From: an uncultured Prevotellaceae bacterium
GTDB taxonomy: Bacteria; Bacteroidota; Bacteroidia; Bacteroidales; Muribaculaceae
Direction: 5' to 3'
Assembly (NCBI GenBank): GCA_946410125.1
Contig: CAMJZF010000001.1
Location: forward strand, 3,005 to 67,004
DNA: 64,000 nt
The translations under genes and the position numbers were made by a program. Within the stretch, counting starts at the first letter, position 1. Every line of letters starts with the position of its first letter. Positions 40,559-49,625 of the stretch are shown in pieces. Below the pieces are notes generated by a model that had not been told where the DNA came from, searched no databases, and saw only the letters and a list, made by a program, of their open reading frames with translations.

Positions 40559-41086
40559 TTAATTGCCTTGCATGTTGAATGTGGAATCATAGAATTTCTG
40601 CACCTCTGCAGCGGTGATTGCAAAGTCCTTTTCCTGTCCCAGAATTTCCATGTTTTCGCTGTTTTTGCAACGACAGCGAATAATGTTGTCTTCGCTTGGA
40701 ACATAGAGGATAACATCTTCAACCGAAGCATCAACAAGATAGTTGCTTAACTTGAGAAGATAGAACTTCACACCGTTATGATTAAACTGATAGGCCGAGC
40801 CGGCAAGGCCGTTCATGTTTGCCACGAGATGACCAATCTGGGCACGGTTCACAAAGTCTTTGTTGGCAACAAGTTGGTTGATTTGGCGATAAGCTCCTTC
40901 CCTACCCACGGCAGCACTTATCAGCTCATCGATACTCTTGGTGCTCGCCGGGGCGGCAGCAACGGGCTGGCTCACTGCAGTGGTTTTGGCTTTTTTCTTC
41001 ACGACTTTCTTCTTTGGAGCTGCATCAACATTGAAAGCAACCAATAACGTCAGTAAACACGCAATAATTGTTAGAACTTTTTTCAT
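40559..41086 (-). CDS. Secreted hypothetical protein
   Basis: Signal peptide followed by Lys-rich segment. Confidence 0.65.
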   Translation of the reverse strand: MKKVLTIIACLLTLLVAFNVDAAPKKKVVKKKAKTTAVSQPVAAAPASTKSIDELISAAVGREGAYRQINQLVANKDFVNRAQIGHLVANMNGLAGSAYQFNHNGVKFYLLKLSNYLVDASVEDVILYVPSEDNIIRCRCKNSENMEILGQEKDFAITAAEVQKFYDSTFNMQGN

Positions 41087-41169
41087 TGTAGTATCATTTT
41101 TGGTTAGAAAATAGTTTTATTGGTGCAAATATAGTGTTTTTCTTTAAAACATAAGGATTTAGGATTATA

Positions 41170-41203
41170 AAAAAAGACCTCAACAAAAAATTCTGTTGAG
41201 GTC
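41170..41203 (-). terminator. Terminator after tRNA-Tyr
   Basis: A6-GACCTCAACA...TGTTGAGGTC. Confidence 0.75.
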
Positions 41204-41223
41204 AATGATTGCTTTTCGGTGAG

Positions 41224-41306
41224 TGGGTAGAGATGGATTCGAACCACCGAAGCGATGACGCAGCAGATTTACAGTCTGCCCCATTTGGCCACTCTGGAAT
41301 CTACCC
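41224..41306 (-). tRNA. tRNA-Tyr(GTA)
   Basis: GGGTAGATTCCAGAGTGGCCAAATGGGGCAGACTGTAAATCTGC...GGTTCGAATCCATCTCTACCCA; long variable arm; no encoded CCA. Confidence 0.97.
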
Positions 41307-41524
41307 ATTTGCCTTATTGCGGTTGCAAAGGTAATACTTTTTTTCCAAAATGCAAATTTTTTTCTCACATTCACGCTTGCTGCAGTTTTATTTGATATAG
41401 AAACAGAATGAACTTCCTCGCGATTTTTTATCTTTTTTGGCAAATTAATGCAGTCATTGATGGTGAATTTCTAAAAAGTTTCATAACTTTGTAGCATAAA
41501 TAACAAGCAACATCATTGTTGACG

Positions 41525-42214
41525 ATGGATAACGAACAAGATAACATAGAATATAACGGCATCGAAGCTCCACGCAAGAAGGGTAGGGGAGCTAAGATTT
41601 TAAATGCGGTGCTCCTTTTGCTGCTCATAGCAAGTTGGGCTGGTGGGTATTATCTTTTTAAGGACTCAGGCACTGCCAAAGCAGGTCTTAGGAATGCCAA
41701 CGGCAAAGTAGCTGAGTTGCAGAGGAAGAACAATGCACTCAGGAGTGAACTTGACACTACAGCCATAAGCTTGCAACGCGAGCGACTGGCTCATGAGCGG
41801 CTACAGCTTGAAAATGACTCTCTAAAGACGCTTTATCCCGTCAATGTCACCAAGCTTGAGGTGGCTAATGCCGACGGGAAGGGCAATGCTGTTTCGCCCT
41901 ATGGAAAGGACATCGTGGCATCTAATTCTATGTATCTCATGCCACGCATCACCTATTGGGGGCTGAAAGTGGGCGAAACGATAACTCTTAATGTTAGGCT
42001 CTATGACCATGAGGGCAAACTTGTGACCGGAACCTCTTCGCCGGCTGGATATTCGTTCTCGTGCAAGATTGATCCTGTGCTTCCCGGCGAGAACTCGCAG
42101 GCGCTAAGTGGATGGGGCGGTGCCGACCGCGGCCACTTCAGGGCAGGAACCTACCGATATGAGGTGTGGTACGACGACATGTGCTTGAAGCAAGTGGAAT
42201 TTAAGCTCAAATAA
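41525..42214 (+). CDS. Membrane-anchored coiled-coil plus beta-sandwich hypothetical protein
   Basis: TM, heptad coiled coil, C-terminal GTYRYEVWY. Confidence 0.7.
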   Translation: MDNEQDNIEYNGIEAPRKKGRGAKILNAVLLLLLIASWAGGYYLFKDSGTAKAGLRNANGKVAELQRKNNALRSELDTTAISLQRERLAHERLQLENDSLKTLYPVNVTKLEVANADGKGNAVSPYGKDIVASNSMYLMPRITYWGLKVGETITLNVRLYDHEGKLVTGTSSPAGYSFSCKIDPVLPGENSQALSGWGGADRGHFRAGTYRYEVWYDDMCLKQVEFKLK

Positions 42215-42289
42215 CCATAGCTGGGTGTGCCAAATGCTGAGCTGTAGCATTTTTCACACCTTTCTTATATCTTGTGACATTCCATGAAA

Positions 42290-42442
42290 AGAAGTCAATG
42301 ACGGTAGGCACAAGGGGCCCTTATCTCGACGCTGGCTTAACATGCCAAGATATTCATGCACAGTTTCGGGAATGGCAATAATCAGCACTTCAAGTGGGCT
42401 CATCGTCCCTCTCCCCCCGATGTGGCTGTGACCGTTAGAGCA
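42290..42442 (-). ncRNA. ssrS: Probable Bacteroidales-1 / 6S RNA
   Basis: GC-rich intergenic tract with closing stem ACGGT-CACAG / TTGTG-ACCGT; core GACGATGAGCCCACTTGAAGTGCTGA...CCATTCCCGAAACTGT resembles the Bacteroidales-1 motif from memory; not searched; ends approximate. Confidence 0.6.
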
Positions 42443-42472
42443 AAAAAATAGTATAATGATAAACTGAAAGAT

Positions 42473-43288
42473 ATGAAAGCATTCTCAAGAGTTTATACTC
42501 TAATAATGATTGTGATGGCTGTTGGTGCAAGTGTTTTGATGCCGGCATGTTCGGGCTCCGACAGCAAGTTGCAGGATTACATCAATAGAGCCAATGAGGA
42601 GTGCCCCATTAGTTTTGAGACCGGCACTCTCACAAGCCTGACAAGCGAGGGTGGGGCAGTGGTGTTTAACTATCAGACCGATGAAAATGTCATCCCTTTT
42701 GCCAAGCTAAAAGATAATACCGACGTGGTGAAACAGCTATGGAAAATAGCTTTTCTCGATGACAAGAGCGGTAATAAAGGTGAATTTGTCAGCAACGTGA
42801 TTTCGTCGGGATGTGACGTGGTGCTTAAGTATACCGGCAATGACCCACAACAGAAGTTTGAAGTGAAATTCAGCAACGCTGAGCTCAAGGCGCTTGCCGG
42901 GAAAAACTCTAATCTTGCTGAGCTGATTGAAATACAAATCAAGCTTACCAATCTCACCCTTCCACGCCAGCTCGACAAGGCCACTACAATGGTCGAGACC
43001 AAGCTTAAAGACGGGTTTATGGTCTATGCCTATGAAATAGATGAGAGCCAGCTCACTATTGCAAAGATGGAGAGCGAGAAGCTCACCTACCACGACAATA
43101 TTTTGGCTAGCGTTAAGCGCGAGTTTGCCAATCCTGCGTCGGCTGTGTCGGCATTTTTCAAGCAGGTTGCCAGTTCAGGGCGAGGGCTGCGCTATAGCTA
43201 TCGTGGCAACACCAGTGGCAGCACTCTCAACATCGATATTCCAAATACTGAGTTACGGCAATTGGCAATGGACATTCCTGCCAGGTGA
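42473..43288 (+). CDS. Lipoprotein with two tandem homologous domains
   Basis: Lipobox MPAC; NEECPISF..VFNYQTDE vs NLTLPRQL..VYAYEIDE. Confidence 0.7.
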   Translation: MKAFSRVYTLIMIVMAVGASVLMPACSGSDSKLQDYINRANEECPISFETGTLTSLTSEGGAVVFNYQTDENVIPFAKLKDNTDVVKQLWKIAFLDDKSGNKGEFVSNVISSGCDVVLKYTGNDPQQKFEVKFSNAELKALAGKNSNLAELIEIQIKLTNLTLPRQLDKATTMVETKLKDGFMVYAYEIDESQLTIAKMESEKLTYHDNILASVKREFANPASAVSAFFKQVASSGRGLRYSYRGNTSGSTLNIDIPNTELRQLAMDIPAR

Positions 43289-43333
43289 TGGTTGAGTTTA
43301 GCTTTTATTGTGATTGCAAAATCAATACTTACT

Positions 43334-44359
43334 ATGACAGAAAAAAGATTTAAGCGTGTGCTTGCGCACTGCATGTTGCTGCTCACGGTGGTGATGCTTG
43401 GCAGTTGCACGAGCGATAAATTTGAAGCGAAGATAGCACTCAAGGGCTTAGGCAATCAAAATGTTCACGTGGTGTATTGCGGGCCCGATGGGGGAGTGGT
43501 CGACACGTGGATGATGGCACAGAGCGACCGCTTAGAGATAGCGGGCAGTTGTGCCAGTCCGTCGCTGCTGGTGCTTTATAACGGCATGAATGTTCCCATC
43601 ATGCGGCTTGTGGTGAGTGGCGGCGACAAGGTGAAGGTGAGTGGCGACTTGATAAATCTCTATGATGCTAAGGTCGAGGGGTCCGTCGCTCTTGAGAAAT
43701 GGTATCTCTTCATGTCGAAGCACAAAACGGCTTATCAGATGATGAATTATCAAATGCTGAATCCTGAAATAGAAAAGTATGTAAAGGCCAATCCCAAGGG
43801 CTTGGAATCGACATTTATGCTACTTTTTGACTATTTTCCTAATGATGTAGCCAAGGTGGATAAATTGCTTGAAAGCATCGACGAGAGCGCTAAGCCTGAA
43901 TCTCTGCTCGAGAGCTATGAGATGATAAAGGGGCGACAAGCCAAGCCCTCGACTCAGATTGGCACATTGAACCTGCTGGAAATGTCGAGCGACGACTTTG
44001 AGATGGCTTCGTTTGTGGGCAGTAGGCCCAGTGTGCTGTTCTTTTGGGATAAGGATGTGGAAAAACTGGAGCGCAGTGCCGTTATTGATGAACTGAAGAT
44101 GCTCGACAGCACGCGCGTCCACATCGTGGATGTCAACATTGACGGCGACTCGGTGTCGTGGCATAGCTTAGTGGCGAGCGACGGCACTTCTTGGAAGCAC
44201 TATTGGGTGCCCGGGTCGATGATGAACAGCGAGGTAATTCGTATTCAAATCACAAGCACTCCCACGATTATTGTCACCGACTCGCTTGGCAAGCAGCAAT
44301 ATCGTGGCAATGATGCCATAGAAGCCCGTCTGGCTGTGGAAAAAATCAATGGTAAGTAG
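43334..44359 (+). CDS. DUF4369 plus thioredoxin-like (TlpA) lipoprotein lacking CxxC
   Basis: Lipobox LGSC; C-terminal VLFFW...TPTIIVTDSLG thioredoxin-fold pattern. Confidence 0.7.
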   Translation: MTEKRFKRVLAHCMLLLTVVMLGSCTSDKFEAKIALKGLGNQNVHVVYCGPDGGVVDTWMMAQSDRLEIAGSCASPSLLVLYNGMNVPIMRLVVSGGDKVKVSGDLINLYDAKVEGSVALEKWYLFMSKHKTAYQMMNYQMLNPEIEKYVKANPKGLESTFMLLFDYFPNDVAKVDKLLESIDESAKPESLLESYEMIKGRQAKPSTQIGTLNLLEMSSDDFEMASFVGSRPSVLFFWDKDVEKLERSAVIDELKMLDSTRVHIVDVNIDGDSVSWHSLVASDGTSWKHYWVPGSMMNSEVIRIQITSTPTIIVTDSLGKQQYRGNDAIEARLAVEKINGK

Positions 44360-44378
44360 TAAGTAATAAGTAGTAAGT
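44351..44378. repeat. Heptamer repeat AGTAAGT x4 across the stop codon
   Basis: ggtaagt agtaagt aataagt agtaagt. Confidence 0.75.
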
Positions 44379-44448
44379 GGAGGGCATAATACTTTTTTAG
44401 AGAGAGTTGCACAAAATATTCACTTGTTCATTAACCTGTAATCAAATT

Positions 44449-45861
44449 ATGTTCACAAAATTCAAACACTTTGCCCTGGCATCGATATGCCTCGCTTTGA
44501 CAGCTAATGTGGAAGCGCAGAATCTTAATGCCGTGGGCAACAATGAGATTATTCTACATGCCTGGTCTTGGTCGTTCAACACCATTTCCCAGCACCTGCA
44601 AGAAATAAAGGATGCCGGATATACAATCGTGCAGACGTCTCCCATTAATGAATGTTTCGTTGGCGACAACGGCGGGCGACAGCTCTTTGGCAATGGAAAG
44701 TGGTACTATCACTATCAGCCCACCGATTGGACCATTGGCAACTATCAACTGGGTACTCGCGACGAGTTTAAGGACATGTGCGACAAGGCTGGCAAGCTGG
44801 GCTTGCGGGTCATTGTCGACGTTCTTCCTAACCACACCGTGATTGACCGCTCTCACATCAATGCGCGTCTCGACAGTGCCGTGAACGGGCGTGAAAATCT
44901 GTTTCATGCCAATGGACTATGGCCCATAAATGACTATAGCGACCGCTATCAGTGCACTACCGGCGAGATGGGAAGGCTGCCCGACGTGAATACCGAGAAC
45001 CCCGATTTCCAATATTATTACATGCAATATGTTAACGATGTGCTGGCATGTGGGGCCAGGGGATTCAGATATGACACCGCCAAGCACATAGGCCTGCCCG
45101 ATGAACCACGCGACCCTAAATCGCCACAAAACGACTTTTGGGATGTGGCAACCGGGCGCAAGGCGGTGAAAGGGTTGTGGCTGTCGGTGCCTCGCGAGGA
45201 ACTTTTCATCTATGGCGAGGTGTTGCAGGACAGGAATGTCCCTGAGCAGGGTTATGCCCGGTATATGGACCTCACGGCAAGCAACTATGGATGGGTGTTG
45301 CGCAATGCTCTCAACAAGCACGATGCCAAGGCTGGTGACTTGCTAAGCTGGCATCATAGTGTGGATCCTGCCCACTTGGTGACATGGGTGGAGTCGCACG
45401 ACACCTATTGCAATGACCATGCCTCGGCGGGCATGAGCGATGAACTGGTGCGCCTGGGGTGGGTATTTCTCACCGCACGCCGCTTTGGCACGCCTCTGTT
45501 CTATTCTCGTCCTCATGGAAGCACACGCGATAACTACTGGGGCGACAACGAGATTGGAAAGGTTGGCAATGATGAGTTCAAGCATCCTGTTGTGCGTGCT
45601 GTCAACGAGTTCCGCCATGCCAATGCCGCTGAGCCCGAAAACATCATTTTTAGCGACAATGGCAAGCAAATCATTGTGGAGCGGGGCAAGAAAGCTACAG
45701 TGATTATCAATCTCGACGAGCAGGCTGCCACAGTTGCCATTGCTGTAACTGTTGAAAATGGCAAATATCGTGATGCAGTAACTAAAAAAATCCTGCAGGT
45801 GAAGAAGGGCGTGCTCAACGCCACTCTCGACCCCATGACAGCCTATATCCTAAGCAAGTGA
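44449..45861 (+). CDS. Secreted alpha-amylase (GH13)
   Basis: DVLPNH, GFRYDTAKH, YGEV, WVESHD conserved regions. Confidence 0.92.
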   Translation: MFTKFKHFALASICLALTANVEAQNLNAVGNNEIILHAWSWSFNTISQHLQEIKDAGYTIVQTSPINECFVGDNGGRQLFGNGKWYYHYQPTDWTIGNYQLGTRDEFKDMCDKAGKLGLRVIVDVLPNHTVIDRSHINARLDSAVNGRENLFHANGLWPINDYSDRYQCTTGEMGRLPDVNTENPDFQYYYMQYVNDVLACGARGFRYDTAKHIGLPDEPRDPKSPQNDFWDVATGRKAVKGLWLSVPREELFIYGEVLQDRNVPEQGYARYMDLTASNYGWVLRNALNKHDAKAGDLLSWHHSVDPAHLVTWVESHDTYCNDHASAGMSDELVRLGWVFLTARRFGTPLFYSRPHGSTRDNYWGDNEIGKVGNDEFKHPVVRAVNEFRHANAAEPENIIFSDNGKQIIVERGKKATVIINLDEQAATVAIAVTVENGKYRDAVTKKILQVKKGVLNATLDPMTAYILSK

Positions 45862-45918
45862 TAAACTAATTTTGCATATATATTTTTTGTATTTCATAAT
45901 CTAAAAAACTAATTCCTA

Positions 45919-47460
45919 ATGCTTTCAAGAATCATCGCTGCTGCAGTACAGGGCATCGACGCCATCTCGGTCGATATTGAAGTCTCGGTGGAGTGGGGCA
46001 CTGGTGCCGTAATGGTGGGGCTGCCCGACACTGCCGTGAAAGAGAGTACCGAACGCGTGCGATGTGCCATTGGCAACGCAGGCTATAAATATCCCCGAAA
46101 GGCTGTGGTGATAAACTTGTCGCCAGCCGATATCAAGAAGGAAGGCTCGGCCTATGACCTGCCTATCGCTATTGGCATTCTTGCCGGCAACGAGGAAATC
46201 AGTTGCGACAAGCTGGAGCGTTACATGCTCATGGGCGAGTTGTCGCTCGACGGCTCGCTGAGGCCCATCAAGGGCGCGTTGCCCATGGCAATTCTTGCCC
46301 GCGAGATGAAGCTCGACGGCTTTATCCTTCCTAAACAGAATGCTACCGAAGCCGCTGTCGTCAACAACCTTAATGTGTATGGGGTCGACAACATCATTGA
46401 GGTGATAAAATTCTTGAACAACGAAATTGAACTTGAACCCACGATAGTTGACACGCGAGCCGAGTTCGCACAGGCTCAAGGGCTGTTTCCTTACGATTTC
46501 AGCGAGGTGAAGGGGCAGGAGCAAGTTAAGCGGGCCTTTGAAGTGGCTTGTGCCGGTGGACACAACATTCTGCTCATTGGCTCTCCGGGTAGCGGCAAGT
46601 CGATGATGGCGAAGCGACTGCCTTCTATCTTGCCACCGCTCACCCTGAGCGAGGCACTCGAGACAACCAAGATTCACAGCGTGGCAGGCAAGCTCTCGCA
46701 GGGCACCACGCTGCTTTCGGTCCGTCCTTATCGCGCCCCGCATCACACCATTTCGCCCGTCGCCTTAGTTGGTGGTGGCACTTATCCCACGCCTGGGGAG
46801 ATCTCGCTGGCGCACAACGGTGTGCTCTTTCTTGACGAGTTGCCTGAGTTTAACCGCTCTGTTTTAGAAGTAATGCGGCAGCCGCTGGAGGACCGCCACA
46901 TCTCGATTTCTCGCGCCAAGTACAGCATCGACTACCCCGCCTCGTTCATGCTCGTGGCTTCGATGAATCCGTGCCCGTGTGGCTACTACGGTCATCCAAC
47001 GAAGCAGTGCATCTGCACACCGCATCAGCGGCATCAATATATGAGCAAGATTAGTGGGCCATTGCTGGATAGAATCGACCTGCAAGTCGAGGTTCAGCCC
47101 GTCAACTTCGACCAGATGTCGAGCAAAGCACCGGGCGAGCCAAGCGCCGCAATCCGCGAGCGCGTTATCAAAGCGCGCGCCATCCAGAGCCTGCGCTTCA
47201 AGAACCACCCCGGCGTACACTGCAATGCCCAGATGACCCCCTCGCTGCTGCACCAGTACGCCGAGCCTGACGCCGAGGGCATGGCACAGCTGCGCCAGGC
47301 CATCACCAGCATGAACATGAGTGCCCGCGCCTACGACCGCATCCTAAAAGTCGCCCGCACCATCGCCGACCTCGACGGCAGCGTCACCGTCCGCTCCCCC
47401 CACATCATGGAAGCCATCGCCTACCGCAACCTCGACCGCAGCAACTACTTTAACCTTTAG
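45919..47460 (+). CDS. comM: ComM/YifB Mg-chelatase-like AAA+ ATPase
   Basis: [70 protein letters not shown]. Confidence 0.95.
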   Translation: MLSRIIAAAVQGIDAISVDIEVSVEWGTGAVMVGLPDTAVKESTERVRCAIGNAGYKYPRKAVVINLSPADIKKEGSAYDLPIAIGILAGNEEISCDKLERYMLMGELSLDGSLRPIKGALPMAILAREMKLDGFILPKQNATEAAVVNNLNVYGVDNIIEVIKFLNNEIELEPTIVDTRAEFAQAQGLFPYDFSEVKGQEQVKRAFEVACAGGHNILLIGSPGSGKSMMAKRLPSILPPLTLSEALETTKIHSVAGKLSQGTTLLSVRPYRAPHHTISPVALVGGGTYPTPGEISLAHNGVLFLDELPEFNRSVLEVMRQPLEDRHISISRAKYSIDYPASFMLVASMNPCPCGYYGHPTKQCICTPHQRHQYMSKISGPLLDRIDLQVEVQPVNFDQMSSKAPGEPSAAIRERVIKARAIQSLRFKNHPGVHCNAQMTPSLLHQYAEPDAEGMAQLRQAITSMNMSARAYDRILKVARTIADLDGSVTVRSPHIMEAIAYRNLDRSNYFNL

Positions 47461-47477
47461 TGATATTATATACTAAC

Positions 47478-47510
47478 AAGCGCAGGGGCAATAACCTCCT
47501 GCGCTCGTTT
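47478..47510. terminator. Terminator between comM and fructokinase
   Basis: AGCGCAGGGG...CTCCTGCGCT. Confidence 0.7.
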
Positions 47511-47547
47511 CGATGTTATATTATTTAGTGTGCGTATTGCTAGATTA

Positions 47548-48435
47548 TTACATGTTGCGCAATGATGCTGGGATGGTGGGCATGGCGCCATTTTGGGTGC
47601 ACACATAAGCGCTTACCTCTACAGCCAACTTATGGGCATCGACAACTGGCATGCCATTAAGTATTGCAGCGCAGAAGGAACCTGTGAATGAATCGCCAGC
47701 GCCTACGGTGTCGGCAACCTCTACCTTTGGTGTCTCCTGGAACGACATCTGTCCACGCTTGAACACATAGGAACCGTTGGTTCCACAAGTGAGTACGAGC
47801 ATGTCGAGGTCATACTTTCCAAGAATAAGCCAGCACTTGTTCTCAATGTCTAGTCCTGGATAGCCAAACATTCGTCCAATTATCACAAGTTCCTCGTCAT
47901 TGATCTTTAACACGTTGCATCGTCGCAATGACTGTTGAATAATTTCTTTGCTATAGAAATTTTGACGCAAATTGATATCGAAAATCTTCATACAGTCGGC
48001 TGGCGTAGCATCGAGGAAACGCTGTATGTTCTCTCTTGATACCACATTTCGCTGAGCCAGTGAACCGTAGCATACGGCACGGCATGAAGCGGCAATCTCT
48101 TCAATCTCGGGAGTGAAAGGGATGTTGTCCCAAGCCACGTTCTCCTTGATGTCATAGATGGGTATGCCACCCTCGGCAAGTGTCACCTGCACTGTGCCTG
48201 TGGGATAAGGTACCCGTGGCATGAGATACTTGAGCTGATGCTCATCAAGAGCCTCAATAGTCTCTTCGGCAAGCTTGTCGTCACCAAGTGCGCTAATAGC
48301 AATGGTGTTGTCCTTGCCCAAGAACTGCCCAGCGTGATAAGCGAAATTGGCGGGAGCTCCACCCAGTTTTTTCCCTTCGGGAAGCACGTCCCATAAGGCC
48401 TCACCCAGGCCTACTACATAACGTTTTTCAGCCAT
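47548..48435 (-). CDS. Fructokinase (PfkB family)
   Basis: GGAPANFA, DTVGAGDSF; PUL context (BT1757-like). Confidence 0.9.
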   Translation of the reverse strand: MAEKRYVVGLGEALWDVLPEGKKLGGAPANFAYHAGQFLGKDNTIAISALGDDKLAEETIEALDEHQLKYLMPRVPYPTGTVQVTLAEGGIPIYDIKENVAWDNIPFTPEIEEIAASCRAVCYGSLAQRNVVSRENIQRFLDATPADCMKIFDINLRQNFYSKEIIQQSLRRCNVLKINDEELVIIGRMFGYPGLDIENKCWLILGKYDLDMLVLTCGTNGSYVFKRGQMSFQETPKVEVADTVGAGDSFTGSFCAAILNGMPVVDAHKLAVEVSAYVCTQNGAMPTIPASLRNM

Positions 48436-48439
48436 AATT

Positions 48440-49603
48440 CTATTTAGTAGTTTTAAGTTGTTTAATGTAGGTCAATAAGTAAACGACACCCACTGCCATA
48501 ACAGCAACGGCGCCAGCCTGTCCCATTTCATCACTGGCAAAGCCCATGATGAGCGGGAAGATAGTGCCACCAAAGAGGCCCATAATCATCAGTCCCGACA
48601 CCTCATTCTGCTTTTGAGGCATTGAGGTCAACGCCTTAGCGAAGCAAATTGAGAACACATTAGAGTTGCCATAACCCACTAGCGCGATAGAAGTGTAGAG
48701 AATCCACTTCTCGGTGCCAAAGAACAGTCCAACCATGGCAAGTGCCATCATTATCACGCTGATGATGAAGAATGCGCGATCTTTCAGCACTCTGAGCAGG
48801 TAAGATCCTGTCAAGCAGCCAATGGTACGGAAAATGAAGTAAAGTGAGGTAGCAAAAGCCGCATCATGGATAGTCATTCCCAAGCGCTCCATGAGAATTT
48901 TAGGAGCGGTGGTGTTGGTGCCCACGTCAATACCTACGTGGCACATGATGCCCAGGAACGAGAGAAGCACAATGGGAGTTCCCAAGAGCTTGATGCACTC
49001 GATAAACGAAGATGGCTTGCCTTCAATCTTTGTCTCCTTAATGGGAGTAACCACAAGCAGTAAGGTAGAGAAGATTCCTACCACAAAATAGATTGCGAAG
49101 AGCACCCTCCAGTTGAGTCCAAACGAAGGGATGACAGCAGTGGCTCCCCACATTGCCAGGAAGGGTGCCAGGAACGATGCTATAGCCTTCACAAATTGTC
49201 CAAAGGTGAGAGAAGAAGAGAGATTACCGCTACCCATTACTGTTGCAACAAGCGGATTGAGTGAGGTTTGCATCAGTGCATTGCCAATTCCCAATAACGA
49301 GAAAGAAACCAGCATAATGCCAAAGTTATTCCCGAAGAGAGGGATTAGCAGCGAGAGCACTGTTACAATAAGCGATAATACAACAGTTTTCTTGCGGCCA
49401 ATTTTGTTCATGAGCATGCCAGTGGGCACACTGAAAATTAGGAACCAGAAGAACACCAGCGATGGGAACACATTGGCCACCGAGTCGGTGAGATGCAAAT
49501 CTTCTTTCACATAGTTGGATGCGATGCCCACAAGGTCAACAAATCCCATGCAGAAGAAGCACAGCATTACAGATATTATCGCGACTTTATTAGTTTTAGC
49601 CAT
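48440..49603 (-). CDS. MFS monosaccharide (fructose) permease
   Basis: About 12 TMs, QTSLNP; BT1758-like position. Confidence 0.88.
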   Translation of the reverse strand: MAKTNKVAIISVMLCFFCMGFVDLVGIASNYVKEDLHLTDSVANVFPSLVFFWFLIFSVPTGMLMNKIGRKKTVVLSLIVTVLSLLIPLFGNNFGIMLVSFSLLGIGNALMQTSLNPLVATVMGSGNLSSSLTFGQFVKAIASFLAPFLAMWGATAVIPSFGLNWRVLFAIYFVVGIFSTLLLVVTPIKETKIEGKPSSFIECIKLLGTPIVLLSFLGIMCHVGIDVGTNTTAPKILMERLGMTIHDAAFATSLYFIFRTIGCLTGSYLLRVLKDRAFFIISVIMMALAMVGLFFGTEKWILYTSIALVGYGNSNVFSICFAKALTSMPQKQNEVSGLMIMGLFGGTIFPLIMGFASDEMGQAGAVAVMAVGVVYLLTYIKQLKTTK

Positions 49604-49625
49604 AAAAAGAATTTTTCTTGATTTG

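Noticed and set aside
41224-41306. tRNA-Tyr as an integration site
   Set aside because: No duplicated tRNA 3' end and no integrase seen in the window
42290-42442. Riboswitch (cobalamin/TPP/SAM) interpretation
   Set aside because: Only fragmentary resemblance, full cores absent and no matching downstream gene; 6S-like RNA fits better
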